Of a DNA stretch of 58,850 nucleotides, positions 38,199-46,150 are shown piece by piece. Each line of letters opens with the position of its first letter. Position 1 is the first letter of the stretch. A program made the translations under genes and the position numbers. The notes under the pieces are model-generated. The model was not told where the DNA came from and did no database searches. It saw only the letters and a list, made by a program, of their open reading frames with translations. The DNA lies in NCBI GenBank assembly GCA_036559185.1, contig DATBTP010000155.1, positions 1 through 58,850 on the forward strand, in the 5' to 3' direction. This DNA is from Solirubrobacteraceae bacterium (GTDB lineage Bacteria; Actinomycetota; Thermoleophilia; Solirubrobacterales; Solirubrobacteraceae).

Positions 38199-41100
38199 CT
38201 ACTTGGCTTTCTCGACTCCGTGCGCCCGGCTTGCGCGAAGGGCCTTCTCCAGCTTGGTAGGAGCCGAGATGCGCCGCGGCGCCCCGAGGTAGAAGCCCTG
38301 GGCGTAGTCGACGCCGTATGCGCGTAGCGCATCCAGGATGGCGCGGTCCTCTACGCCCTCGGCGATGATCAGCTTGTCGAGGCTGTGTCCAACATCGGTG
38401 ATGGACCTGACAACGTGTTGGTCGGTCGCGTTGGAGGTGAGGTCGCGCACGAATTCGACGTCGATCTTCAGGTAGCGGCTGGGGAGGTGCTTGAGGTAGC
38501 TGAAGGATCCGAAACCGGTGCCGAAGTCGTCGAGCGCGACATCGCAGCCGAGCTGTTTCAGCGCTTGGGTAAAGACGCGCGCGTCTTGCATGTTCGTCAT
38601 CGCGGCGGTCTCGGTGATCTCGAAGATCACGCGACCGCTGCCGAGATGATCCTTGCGAGCCGCGGCTCGTACCAGCTCGAGGATGTGGGGATCGCCGATC
38701 GAGTGAGCCGATAGGTTGATGCTGACACCCTTGCCCCGCCGGGCCAGGCTCAAGCCTTGGCTCATAACCCAGCGGTCGATGTCGCTGATCAGGCCGAAGC
38801 GTTCGGCGGTGGGGATGAAAGCGTCCGGCGGGATCGCGTCGCCGTCGTCGGAGAGCATTCGCACGAGCAGCTCGCGGTGGGTCTGACGACCTGCTCGCAG
38901 GTCGACGATTGGCTGGGCATAAAGCACGAAACGCTCTTCGGTGAGGGCATCGCGGATTCGCTGTACCCAACCGAGCGCCGCTCCCGTGTCGCCGCGGTAG
39001 ACCCGGATCTGCCCGCGTCCCGCCTTCTTTGCGTCATACAGCGCGAGGTCGGCCGCCGTCAACAGGTCGTCGGCAACCAGCTCCTCCCCGCCGTCGAATA
39101 AAGCTATGCCCACGCTGATCCGCACCTGGGGGTGGATCTCACATCCGGCCAGGCGCTCGCGTATGTCCTCGGCTACCGCAATCGCCCTGGGTTCGTCGGC
39201 CTCGTGCAGCGCGACCGCGAACTCGTCGCCGCCCAGGCGCGCGACGAAGTCGGTCGCTCTTGTCCTGCCGAGGAGCTCGCGAGCGACGATTCGAACAGCG
39301 TCGTCGCCCGCCGAGTGCCCGTGTACGTCGTTGACGAGCTTGAGATTGTCAAGGTCGAGCATCAGCAGCGCGCCCTTGCGGGAGTAGCGCGAGGCGTAGC
39401 GCAGCATGCGTTCGAGCTCGTCGGCAAAGCGCTTGCGATTGAGAAGCCCGGTGAGCGGATCGTGATCGACCTGGTAGCTGAGCTCTGCCTCCAACCGTCT
39501 GCGGGCGGCGGACTCGCGACTGGCGAGAAGATCGGCTGCCTCCTCCGGCGCCGGTGGCGTCGTGGGCGGCTCGGATGGATGTGTCAGCAGCTCCACGAGC
39601 GTGGCGGCCAAGTCGGGATCGAACTGCGTGCCGGCGCACCGCTGCAGCTCGGCGATCGCCTGCTCGGAGCTCAGCTTCTGACGATGTGGGCGGTCGCTCG
39701 TCATGGCGTTGTAGGCGTTGCACACGCCGATGACGCGGGACGCGAGCGGGATCGCGTCCGCGCTCAACCCGTCGGGATAACCGGCTCCGTCCCAACGCTC
39801 CTGCACCGAGCGAACGATCTGCGCCGCGTACCCGAGGGCCGGGGCGGCGGCGACGATGCGCTGGGCGATCAGCGGATGGGTCTGGAGAAACCGGCGCTCA
39901 TGCGCGTCGAGCTCGGTGGGCTTGTCCAGCAACTCGTCTGGAATCGCGATCTTGCCGACGTCGTGCAGGGCGGCCGCGTGGCTGAGCGCGCGCAGTTCGC
40001 TAGCGCTCAGCCCGAGTCGTTCTCCGAGCGCTGTCGCGAGCGTGGCCACGCTAGTGGCGTGAGACTCCATGCCCGGATCGCGCGCGCACAGCGCCGCGAT
40101 CAGCGCGTCCTGGACCTGATTCTCGGTGCCGGGTCTGCGCCGGCCCTTACGGGCGTACATCTCGTCGTCGGCCCGTCGCAGCAGGGCGGTCGAGTCGCGA
40201 CCGTCCGCCGGCGTCAATGCGCAGCCGTAGCTGGCCGTGACCAAGAAGCCCTCGCCGTGCTGAGACATCGCCGCGGCCAATTCCTCGCCGACTCGCTCAG
40301 GTTGTTCGGCGGTTACGGAGAGCAGCGCGCAGAACTCGTCTCCTCCGAGCCGGTAGGAGCGTCCGCGCCGGCCGACCGCGTCGCTCAACGAGGTGGCGAC
40401 TTGTATCAAGAGGCTGTCACCGGCGCTGTGACCGAATGTGTCGTTGTAAATCTTGAAGCCGTCGAGGTCGAACAGCAGTAGCAACGTCGGCTCCCAGGTC
40501 GTGGCATCGGCGGCGTGGCGACTCAGATCGGAGAGGAGCACGCGGCGGTTCGCGAGGCCGGTGAGCGGGTCGAGCGCGGCCTCACGCTCGCGTGCGATCA
40601 GCAGCCGCGCCGTTTCGCGCAGCGAGATCGCCATGCGGGTGATCACCAGCGTGAGCGTGAGGATCGCGAAAGCCACGCTCGTGGTGTTCGCCTCGGTGAG
40701 CGGTTGCAGTCCGAGCACCGCCAGGGCGAGCACCCCCGCGAGGCTTGGAACGACCGCGTTCGCCGAGCGCGGTTGCTTGTGATCGGTAGGGCGCCTCCCC
40801 GTCCGCGAGAGGGCCGCGGCGCCCCCCGCCATGAGCATCAGCGCGAGCAACCAGCCGGCATCGAGTATCCCGCCTGTTTGATAGCTGTCGTTGGCGTTCT
40901 CGACGAGGTAAAGAGTGTCCGACAGCGCGAAGAGGGCCATGCCGGCGGCGAGCGGCGCCAACCCGCGAGCGCCGCGCCATCCGACCGTCGCGGTCGTGAC
41001 GACGAGCATCGTGAGCAACGTCAGATCGCCGATTGGGTAGGCGATGTTGGTGAGCGCGCCGGCCAGCGATTCGCCCTGCGTGGCGTGCAGCACAGGCTCG

Positions 41101-41597
41101 AGCACGACCGCGGCTCCCAGCGTTGCGCAGGCCGCGGCGCCGATCATCCCGTCGAGCCACAAGCCGACGCCGAGGGGCTCGCCGGGTCGGCGGCGTGCGG
41201 CGATCACCGCCAGGTACACCAGCGGGTAGAAGCCGAGATAGCCCATGTCCGCGGGAGACGGGTTCGGCAACGAGGCTCCACTGGCGAGCATGTGCTCGAA
41301 GTAGGAGTTGCCCAGTCCCCAGGAGGCCATGCCGAGCCCCGCGAGACCCCACAACGTGCGATCGCGGCGGTCCTGGAGCGCGCGCCAGAGGCACACGGTT
41401 ACGGCGCTCAAGACTATGGCGTCGGAGATCCACGTCGCGAAAAGCCTCTGCGTGGGGGCGCCGCCGAATCCGGTCAGGGCGCGCAGCACAAACGCGGTGA
41501 GCAGAAGCGATCCCACGCCGAGTACCGCAACCATCGGCCACATCACACCTTTGCGTCGCCCCGACGCCCGCCCGGGCGTCGGTTGACGAGGGCTCAT
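38199..41597 (-). CDS. Membrane protein with GGDEF, degenerate HD-GYP, GGDEF and EAL domains
   Basis: About nine TMs; RLGGDEF twice; LHDVGK..VQERWDGAGYP; ELLVRM, FEITE, DDFGTG, EGVE and QG motifs. Confidence 0.92.
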   Translation of the reverse strand: MSPRQPTPGRASGRRKGVMWPMVAVLGVGSLLLTAFVLRALTGFGGAPTQRLFATWISDAIVLSAVTVCLWRALQDRRDRTLWGLAGLGMASWGLGNSYFEHMLASGASLPNPSPADMGYLGFYPLVYLAVIAARRRPGEPLGVGLWLDGMIGAAACATLGAAVVLEPVLHATQGESLAGALTNIAYPIGDLTLLTMLVVTTATVGWRGARGLAPLAAGMALFALSDTLYLVENANDSYQTGGILDAGWLLALMLMAGGAAALSRTGRRPTDHKQPRSANAVVPSLAGVLALAVLGLQPLTEANTTSVAFAILTLTLVITRMAISLRETARLLIAREREAALDPLTGLANRRVLLSDLSRHAADATTWEPTLLLLFDLDGFKIYNDTFGHSAGDSLLIQVATSLSDAVGRRGRSYRLGGDEFCALLSVTAEQPERVGEELAAAMSQHGEGFLVTASYGCALTPADGRDSTALLRRADDEMYARKGRRRPGTENQVQDALIAALCARDPGMESHATSVATLATALGERLGLSASELRALSHAAALHDVGKIAIPDELLDKPTELDAHERRFLQTHPLIAQRIVAAAPALGYAAQIVRSVQERWDGAGYPDGLSADAIPLASRVIGVCNAYNAMTSDRPHRQKLSSEQAIAELQRCAGTQFDPDLAATLVELLTHPSEPPTTPPAPEEAADLLASRESAARRRLEAELSYQVDHDPLTGLLNRKRFADELERMLRYASRYSRKGALLMLDLDNLKLVNDVHGHSAGDDAVRIVARELLGRTRATDFVARLGGDEFAVALHEADEPRAIAVAEDIRERLAGCEIHPQVRISVGIALFDGGEELVADDLLTAADLALYDAKKAGRGQIRVYRGDTGAALGWVQRIRDALTEERFVLYAQPIVDLRAGRQTHRELLVRMLSDDGDAIPPDAFIPTAERFGLISDIDRWVMSQGLSLARRGKGVSINLSAHSIGDPHILELVRAAARKDHLGSGRVIFEITETAAMTNMQDARVFTQALKQLGCDVALDDFGTGFGSFSYLKHLPSRYLKIDVEFVRDLTSNATDQHVVRSITDVGHSLDKLIIAEGVEDRAILDALRAYGVDYAQGFYLGAPRRISAPTKLEKALRASRAHGVEKAK

Positions 41598-41690
41598 GCG
41601 AATGCATCGGCTTATTCGAGTCGGTTCCTTTAGCGAGAGGCCGCGAAATGTTCGGCGCGCGAGAGAGCGTCTCGCGGCCGTCGTTCACTT

Positions 41691-41720
41691 CGCGCGAACC
41701 CGTTAGCTCGGGTTCGCGTG
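41691..41720. promoter_or_regulatory. Strong inverted repeat in a divergent intergenic region
   Basis: CGCGCGAACCCG-TTAGCT-CGGGTTCGCGTG. Confidence 0.4.
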
Positions 41721-41752
41721 CGGGTTTGCGCCCGGGCAGCTAGCCTTGGGGT

Positions 41753-42022
41753 ATGTGCCGAAACATAAGGACGCTCCACAATTTCGAGCCTGCCGCCACC
41801 GACGAGGAGGTGCGTGCGGCGGCTCTTCAATATGTGCGCAAGATCAGCGGCTTCGCCAAGCCCTCGCAGGTGAACGCCGCCGCGTTCGAGCGTGCCGTCG
41901 AGGAGGTCGCGCGAGCCTCGGCGAGCCTGCTTGGCGAACTGGTCACCTCAGCCCCACCGAAGGACCGCGAAGTCGAGGCGGCCAAGCGCAGAGAACGCGG
42001 CGCGCGGCGGTTCGCGGCGTAG
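41753..42022 (+). CDS. DUF2277 family protein
   Basis: MCRNIRTLHNFEP.AT.EEV.AAALQYVRKISG signature; TAGCCT box 6 nt before ATG. Confidence 0.88.
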   Translation: MCRNIRTLHNFEPAATDEEVRAAALQYVRKISGFAKPSQVNAAAFERAVEEVARASASLLGELVTSAPPKDREVEAAKRRERGARRFAA

Positions 42023-42024
42023 CC

Positions 42025-43080
42025 GTGAAGGACGCCCCCGCTCGCTCGCGCGTAGAGCCGCCCGCCGCCGAGCGGCGGCGCGGCGCTGTTGGGCCGAGCC
42101 GTGTGGAGGCGAGCGCGGGCACGGAGATCCAGCGCGCGCGGGTGCTCGCCGCGATGGTGGATGTCGTGGGCGAGCAGGGCTACAAAGCGGCCTCGGTGGA
42201 GGCGGTTGTGAAGCGGGCGAGGGTTTCTCGGCGCACGTTCTACGCGCTGTTCGACTCGATCGAGGACTGCTTCGCGGCGGTGCTCGCCGAAGGGCTCGAA
42301 CGTACCAGCGCGATTATGGAGAAGGCGTTCGAGCGAGAGAGTGCCTGGGAGGACGGTGTGCGCGCGGCGCTTGCGGAGCTGCTGGTGTTTTTCGACTCCG
42401 AGCCGCTGCTCTCGCGCGTCTGGCTGATCGAGGCGCTGGCGGCGGGGGCGTGGGCGTTTGAGCATCGGGAGCGCAGCGTGGCCGCGTTGCGGGCGCTGGT
42501 GGTGGCGAACTGGGCCTCGCCCGAGCGCGGGGAGGTTGCGAGCCCATCGCCAGACTCGCCTCCGGTGGTGGGTGTGATGGCTGCGGTGATCGGCGTGATT
42601 CACACGCATCTCATCACCAAGAAGCAAGAGCCTTTGATCGTGTTGTTGGGACCGCTGATGGGAATCGTCACGGCCGCCTACCTCGACGCCGACGCGGCCG
42701 CGCGCGAAGTGAAGCGAGGCGAAGAGCTCACGCGCGGCCTGCTCTCAGAGCCCTACCCGCCGCGCGAGCCAGCGCGTCCAGCCGCCTCGGCGGAGGTTCC
42801 CGCCGCGCTGCGCGATCCTCGCGCGCGCCGTGCGCGTCTGTGCCTGCTCTACCTGCTCGCCCACCCCGGCGCGAGCAACCGCGAGGTGGGCAGCGGCGTG
42901 GGGATCGCGAGCCACACTCAGATCTCCCAACTACTCGCGCGGCTCGACGACATGGGCTTGCTCGTCAAGGTCGCTGGCGCTCCCGGACGGCCCAACGCGT
43001 GGTCGTTGACCGAGCGGGGCGCCCAAGTGGCGCGGGGTGTCGAGGCGTCACACGTCGAGACACTCGCCGATCACGTGTAG
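42025..43080 (+). CDS. TetR/AcrR regulator with an additional C-terminal winged-helix domain
   Basis: N-terminal GY..ASV..VVKRARVSRRTFY; C-terminal HPGASNREVG...QISQLLARL..MGL...NAWSLT.RG. Confidence 0.8.
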   Translation: MKDAPARSRVEPPAAERRRGAVGPSRVEASAGTEIQRARVLAAMVDVVGEQGYKAASVEAVVKRARVSRRTFYALFDSIEDCFAAVLAEGLERTSAIMEKAFERESAWEDGVRAALAELLVFFDSEPLLSRVWLIEALAAGAWAFEHRERSVAALRALVVANWASPERGEVASPSPDSPPVVGVMAAVIGVIHTHLITKKQEPLIVLLGPLMGIVTAAYLDADAAAREVKRGEELTRGLLSEPYPPREPARPAASAEVPAALRDPRARRARLCLLYLLAHPGASNREVGSGVGIASHTQISQLLARLDDMGLLVKVAGAPGRPNAWSLTERGAQVARGVEASHVETLADHV

Positions 43081-43157
43081 CCGCTACACGTCGAAACGGA
43101 CCCTGCACATAGATGACGTCTTGATCGTGTGTGGTTTCGCTCATAGCGTGTTCCACA

Positions 43158-43769
43158 GTGTCCGATCCCGGCTCGGTCTTACGCGCGCGGCTGCTCACCG
43201 CGATGACCCATACGGTGGCGCTTCACGGTTACCGCGAGGCGAGCGTGGCGGAGGTCTGCGCGCGCGCGGGGGTGCAGCTCGGTGTGTTCGACGAGCTGTT
43301 CCTCGATCGCGAGGACTGTTGTCTGGCGGCCTACGACGAGGTCGTCAAGCATGTGTCGGTGCGCGTCCTCGTAGCCTGCCGCGGAGCGGAGAGCTGGGAG
43401 CAGAGCGTCCGCGAGGCGATGCGGGCGGTGCTCGCATTCTGTGAGCAGCAGCCGCTCGCCGCACGGTTCGCGCTGGTGGAGAGCGCGGGGGTGAGCACGC
43501 GCATGTTGTGGCGGCGCTCGCGTCTGATGGCTCACCTCGCCGATCTCGTGCACCAGCGCGGGTGCGTCGCGGCCTGCGCGCAAGCGTCGCCTCCCGCGCT
43601 CGCGCGGGCCGCCCTGGACAGGGCGCATTCGATCGTCCACGAAAGCGTGGTGAATGCTGGTAGCGCCCGCCTGGTGGATCTCACAGCACCACTGGCGAGC
43701 ATGATCGTGCTGCCTTACACCGGAGAGCAGGCCGCGTCCCGCGAGCTTGCTCGCGCCCAAGACGCTTGA
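43158..43769 (+). CDS. TetR/AcrR family regulator (divergent HTH)
   Basis: RARLL.AM...V..HGYREASVAEVCARAGV...F.ELF.DREDC pattern. Confidence 0.75.
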   Translation: MSDPGSVLRARLLTAMTHTVALHGYREASVAEVCARAGVQLGVFDELFLDREDCCLAAYDEVVKHVSVRVLVACRGAESWEQSVREAMRAVLAFCEQQPLAARFALVESAGVSTRMLWRRSRLMAHLADLVHQRGCVAACAQASPPALARAALDRAHSIVHESVVNAGSARLVDLTAPLASMIVLPYTGEQAASRELARAQDA

Positions 43770-43819
43770 GGGTTTCGCGGATTCTTCGCTGGGCGACGCG
43801 CCGATTGTATTCGCAACGA

Positions 43820-43917
43820 AAGACCCAACGAGAGGCCATGCGCTCCCTCAAGAGACACCTCTCCCGCCACCTCTACAAGCAAGTCACCAAAAACGCCTTT
43901 GACAGCATAGAAGCATC
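43820..43917 (+). mobile_element. IS110-family transposase 3' remnant with element end
   Basis: KTQREAMRSLKRHLSRHLYK matches the IS110/IS116 C-terminal pattern. It is followed by TTGACAGCATAGAAGCATC, which resembles actinobacterial IS110 right ends. Confidence 0.62.
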
Positions 43918-44026
43918 CAAAGTCTCTTGTCGGCTACGTGGCGGTCGGTTGGCTAGGAAGCTGCGCCTTCCGCTTCGCCTTCGCAGGTTTCTTTGGCTTC
44001 GCGTGCGCGGCGGGTGAGCTTTCTCG

Positions 44027-44088
44027 GTCATTCCAAGTCCACCAGGCCCAGCCGCATCGCAGAGAACATCAACGTGTTCGACTTCGAG
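44027..44088 (+). pseudogene. Aldo/keto reductase C-terminal fragment
   Basis: Reads VI(P, frameshifted)KSTRPSRIAENINVFDFE, the AKR IPKS...RI.EN..VFDFE motif. Confidence 0.65.
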
Positions 44089-44270
44089 GCCGTACAGGCT
44101 CGCCTTTGACAGGCGCCACGTGCCGCGGGGCGAGATGATGAACATCCGTACTCGCCCGCGTTGTAGGGCGATGTCGAACTGCCCGTGTGGGTTACTAGCA
44201 GGCTCCCTTACGGCCCCGGCAAAGTATTAAGTCACCCGACCGGTGGATCCGTTAACGGAAGCTGCACGGA

Positions 44271-44600
44271 TCAGCAGCCGGCGCCACCGGGTGTAACGAT
44301 CAGGGGCTCGGGGGCGTATCCGCTAACTTCGGCAACCGCCACTATTTTCCCTTCTGTCAACGTCAGGTTCGCATAGAATCCGATCGGAGCCAGCGATTCG
44401 ACGTTTCCCATCGCTTGCCCTTTCGGGTCAAACGGCGGTACCAGTTGCCCGTTCATCGTTTCGCCACCCTTGACGATCCATGGACCTCCTTCGGGAAGGT
44501 AGGGTTCGTAGGCGTGTTCGAGGAGCGCCACCTGCCCATTTTTGGTAGCCAGCGAGCACGCGACGGGACTGCCTTGGAGCTCGCAGTCGATGTTCAAGAT
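44271..44600 (-). pseudogene. Lower-GC 3' fragment of an unknown gene
   Basis: Protein-like open frame (ILNIDCELQGSPV...IVTPGGAGC*) with no convincing start. Confidence 0.35.
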
Positions 44601-44936
44601 CCCCCGCCGCTCTGGCCGGGTACGCTGGCGAGTGGGACCAGAGCGCGCGGCTGCTTCGCATCCACTATCGCGTCTTCGCGCTTGATCAGCGCTGCCATGG
44701 CGAAAGCACACGACGGCCGCTGGACCTCTCGCGCAACGCGTTCATCGAAGACTGCGCCGCGCCGCGAACATCGCGGCGCCCCGTAGCTAGCGACTCCCGA
44801 GTTGGACGAGGAGGCCGAAGGTCGGGTTTCGGGTTCTTGTCGGACGCGTATGAGGCGCCAGCGCGTAGTACCCCGGTCTGAGTTCCTGTGGTTTCCACGG
44901 ACGCCCGCTCGGCGATGAGGTGCGATTCTGGGCTGC

Positions 44937-46109
44937 ATGGCGCGCAACATCTCGTCATCGGATCCCGCGAACGTACTGATAGCTGGCGGTGGGTTCGGCG
45001 CGGTGGAGGCGATGCTCGCCGTGCGCGCGCTAGTGCCAGAGCGTGTGAGCGTGACCCTGATCTCGGACTCCACAAAGCTCGCATACAGACCGGCGGCGAC
45101 CATGGAGGCGTTCGAGGAGACCCCGCCCCTCACGTATGACCTGCATGCGATCGCCGCCGACGTTGGCGCGTCCATTCGTCTGGATCGCCTGGAGGCGGTA
45201 GCTCCCAACGATCACAGCGTGCGGCTCGCGTCCTTCGCTCACCTCGACTACGGCGCGCTCATCCTGGCTGTTGGCGCTCGCGCGGCCAGTGCGATACCGG
45301 GCGCGCTGACGTTCCACGATCAGAACGAGGTTCACCACATCAGGCGCCTGATGAGCGAGTTGCGCTCTGGTGAGCTGCGCCGGATCATCTTCGCTGTGCC
45401 GAACGGCTGTTCCTGGCCACTACCTCTGTACGAGTTGGCGTTGCTCACAGCCACTCGCCTCCGTGAGCTGTACGTTGCCAGTGAGGTCATGCTCGTAAGT
45501 CCCGAGATCACGCCCCTGTCTGTTTTTGGCGAGCAGGCCTCGCTGCTTGTCGCGGATCTGTTGGTTGAGCGGGGCGTGGGTTTCATGGGAGAGTCTGAGC
45601 CTGAGAGAGTCGATCGAAGCGGAGCTCTCGTATTGGCCTCGGGAGAGGCACTGGATGCCGATCGTGTCGTTGCGGCACCCAAACTCCGAGGGCCTCGGAT
45701 AACCGGATTGCCCACCGACCGGTCGGGCTTCGTTACAACGGATGCGCTCGGCAGCGTCATCGGCTTGCCCGACGTTTATGCGGCCGGTGACATGACGAGC
45801 TTCCCGATCAAGCAGGGTGGCCTGGCCGCCCAGCAAGCCGACGTGATCGCACAACGCATAGCCTCCAATCACGGGGTTTCGGTCACACAGTCGCGGGTTC
45901 ATCGCGTATTGCGCGCCCAACTCGTCGGTGGCGCACACCCGGTGTTCCTGCGAACCGAGCTCGACGAGTTCGGTCAGGTCATCGCTGCCTCCACCGTCCA
46001 CGGTCACTTCAGCGACTCCGAGTCGGTCACGCCGCCGGAGAAGGTCTTTGGGCGCTACCTCAGCCCCTACCTTCATACACGCACGCCTGTGCTTTCAGCC
46101 AGCGAGTGA
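44937..46109 (+). CDS. FAD-dependent oxidoreductase (SQR/flavocytochrome c-like fold)
   Basis: IAGGGFGA, LILAVGA and VYAAGD..FPIKQGGLA motifs. Confidence 0.82.
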   Translation: MARNISSSDPANVLIAGGGFGAVEAMLAVRALVPERVSVTLISDSTKLAYRPAATMEAFEETPPLTYDLHAIAADVGASIRLDRLEAVAPNDHSVRLASFAHLDYGALILAVGARAASAIPGALTFHDQNEVHHIRRLMSELRSGELRRIIFAVPNGCSWPLPLYELALLTATRLRELYVASEVMLVSPEITPLSVFGEQASLLVADLLVERGVGFMGESEPERVDRSGALVLASGEALDADRVVAAPKLRGPRITGLPTDRSGFVTTDALGSVIGLPDVYAAGDMTSFPIKQGGLAAQQADVIAQRIASNHGVSVTQSRVHRVLRAQLVGGAHPVFLRTELDEFGQVIAASTVHGHFSDSESVTPPEKVFGRYLSPYLHTRTPVLSASE

Positions 46110-46150
46110 GTCAGACTCAGAATCCTGACGCAGCGGGAACACCGCCTCCG

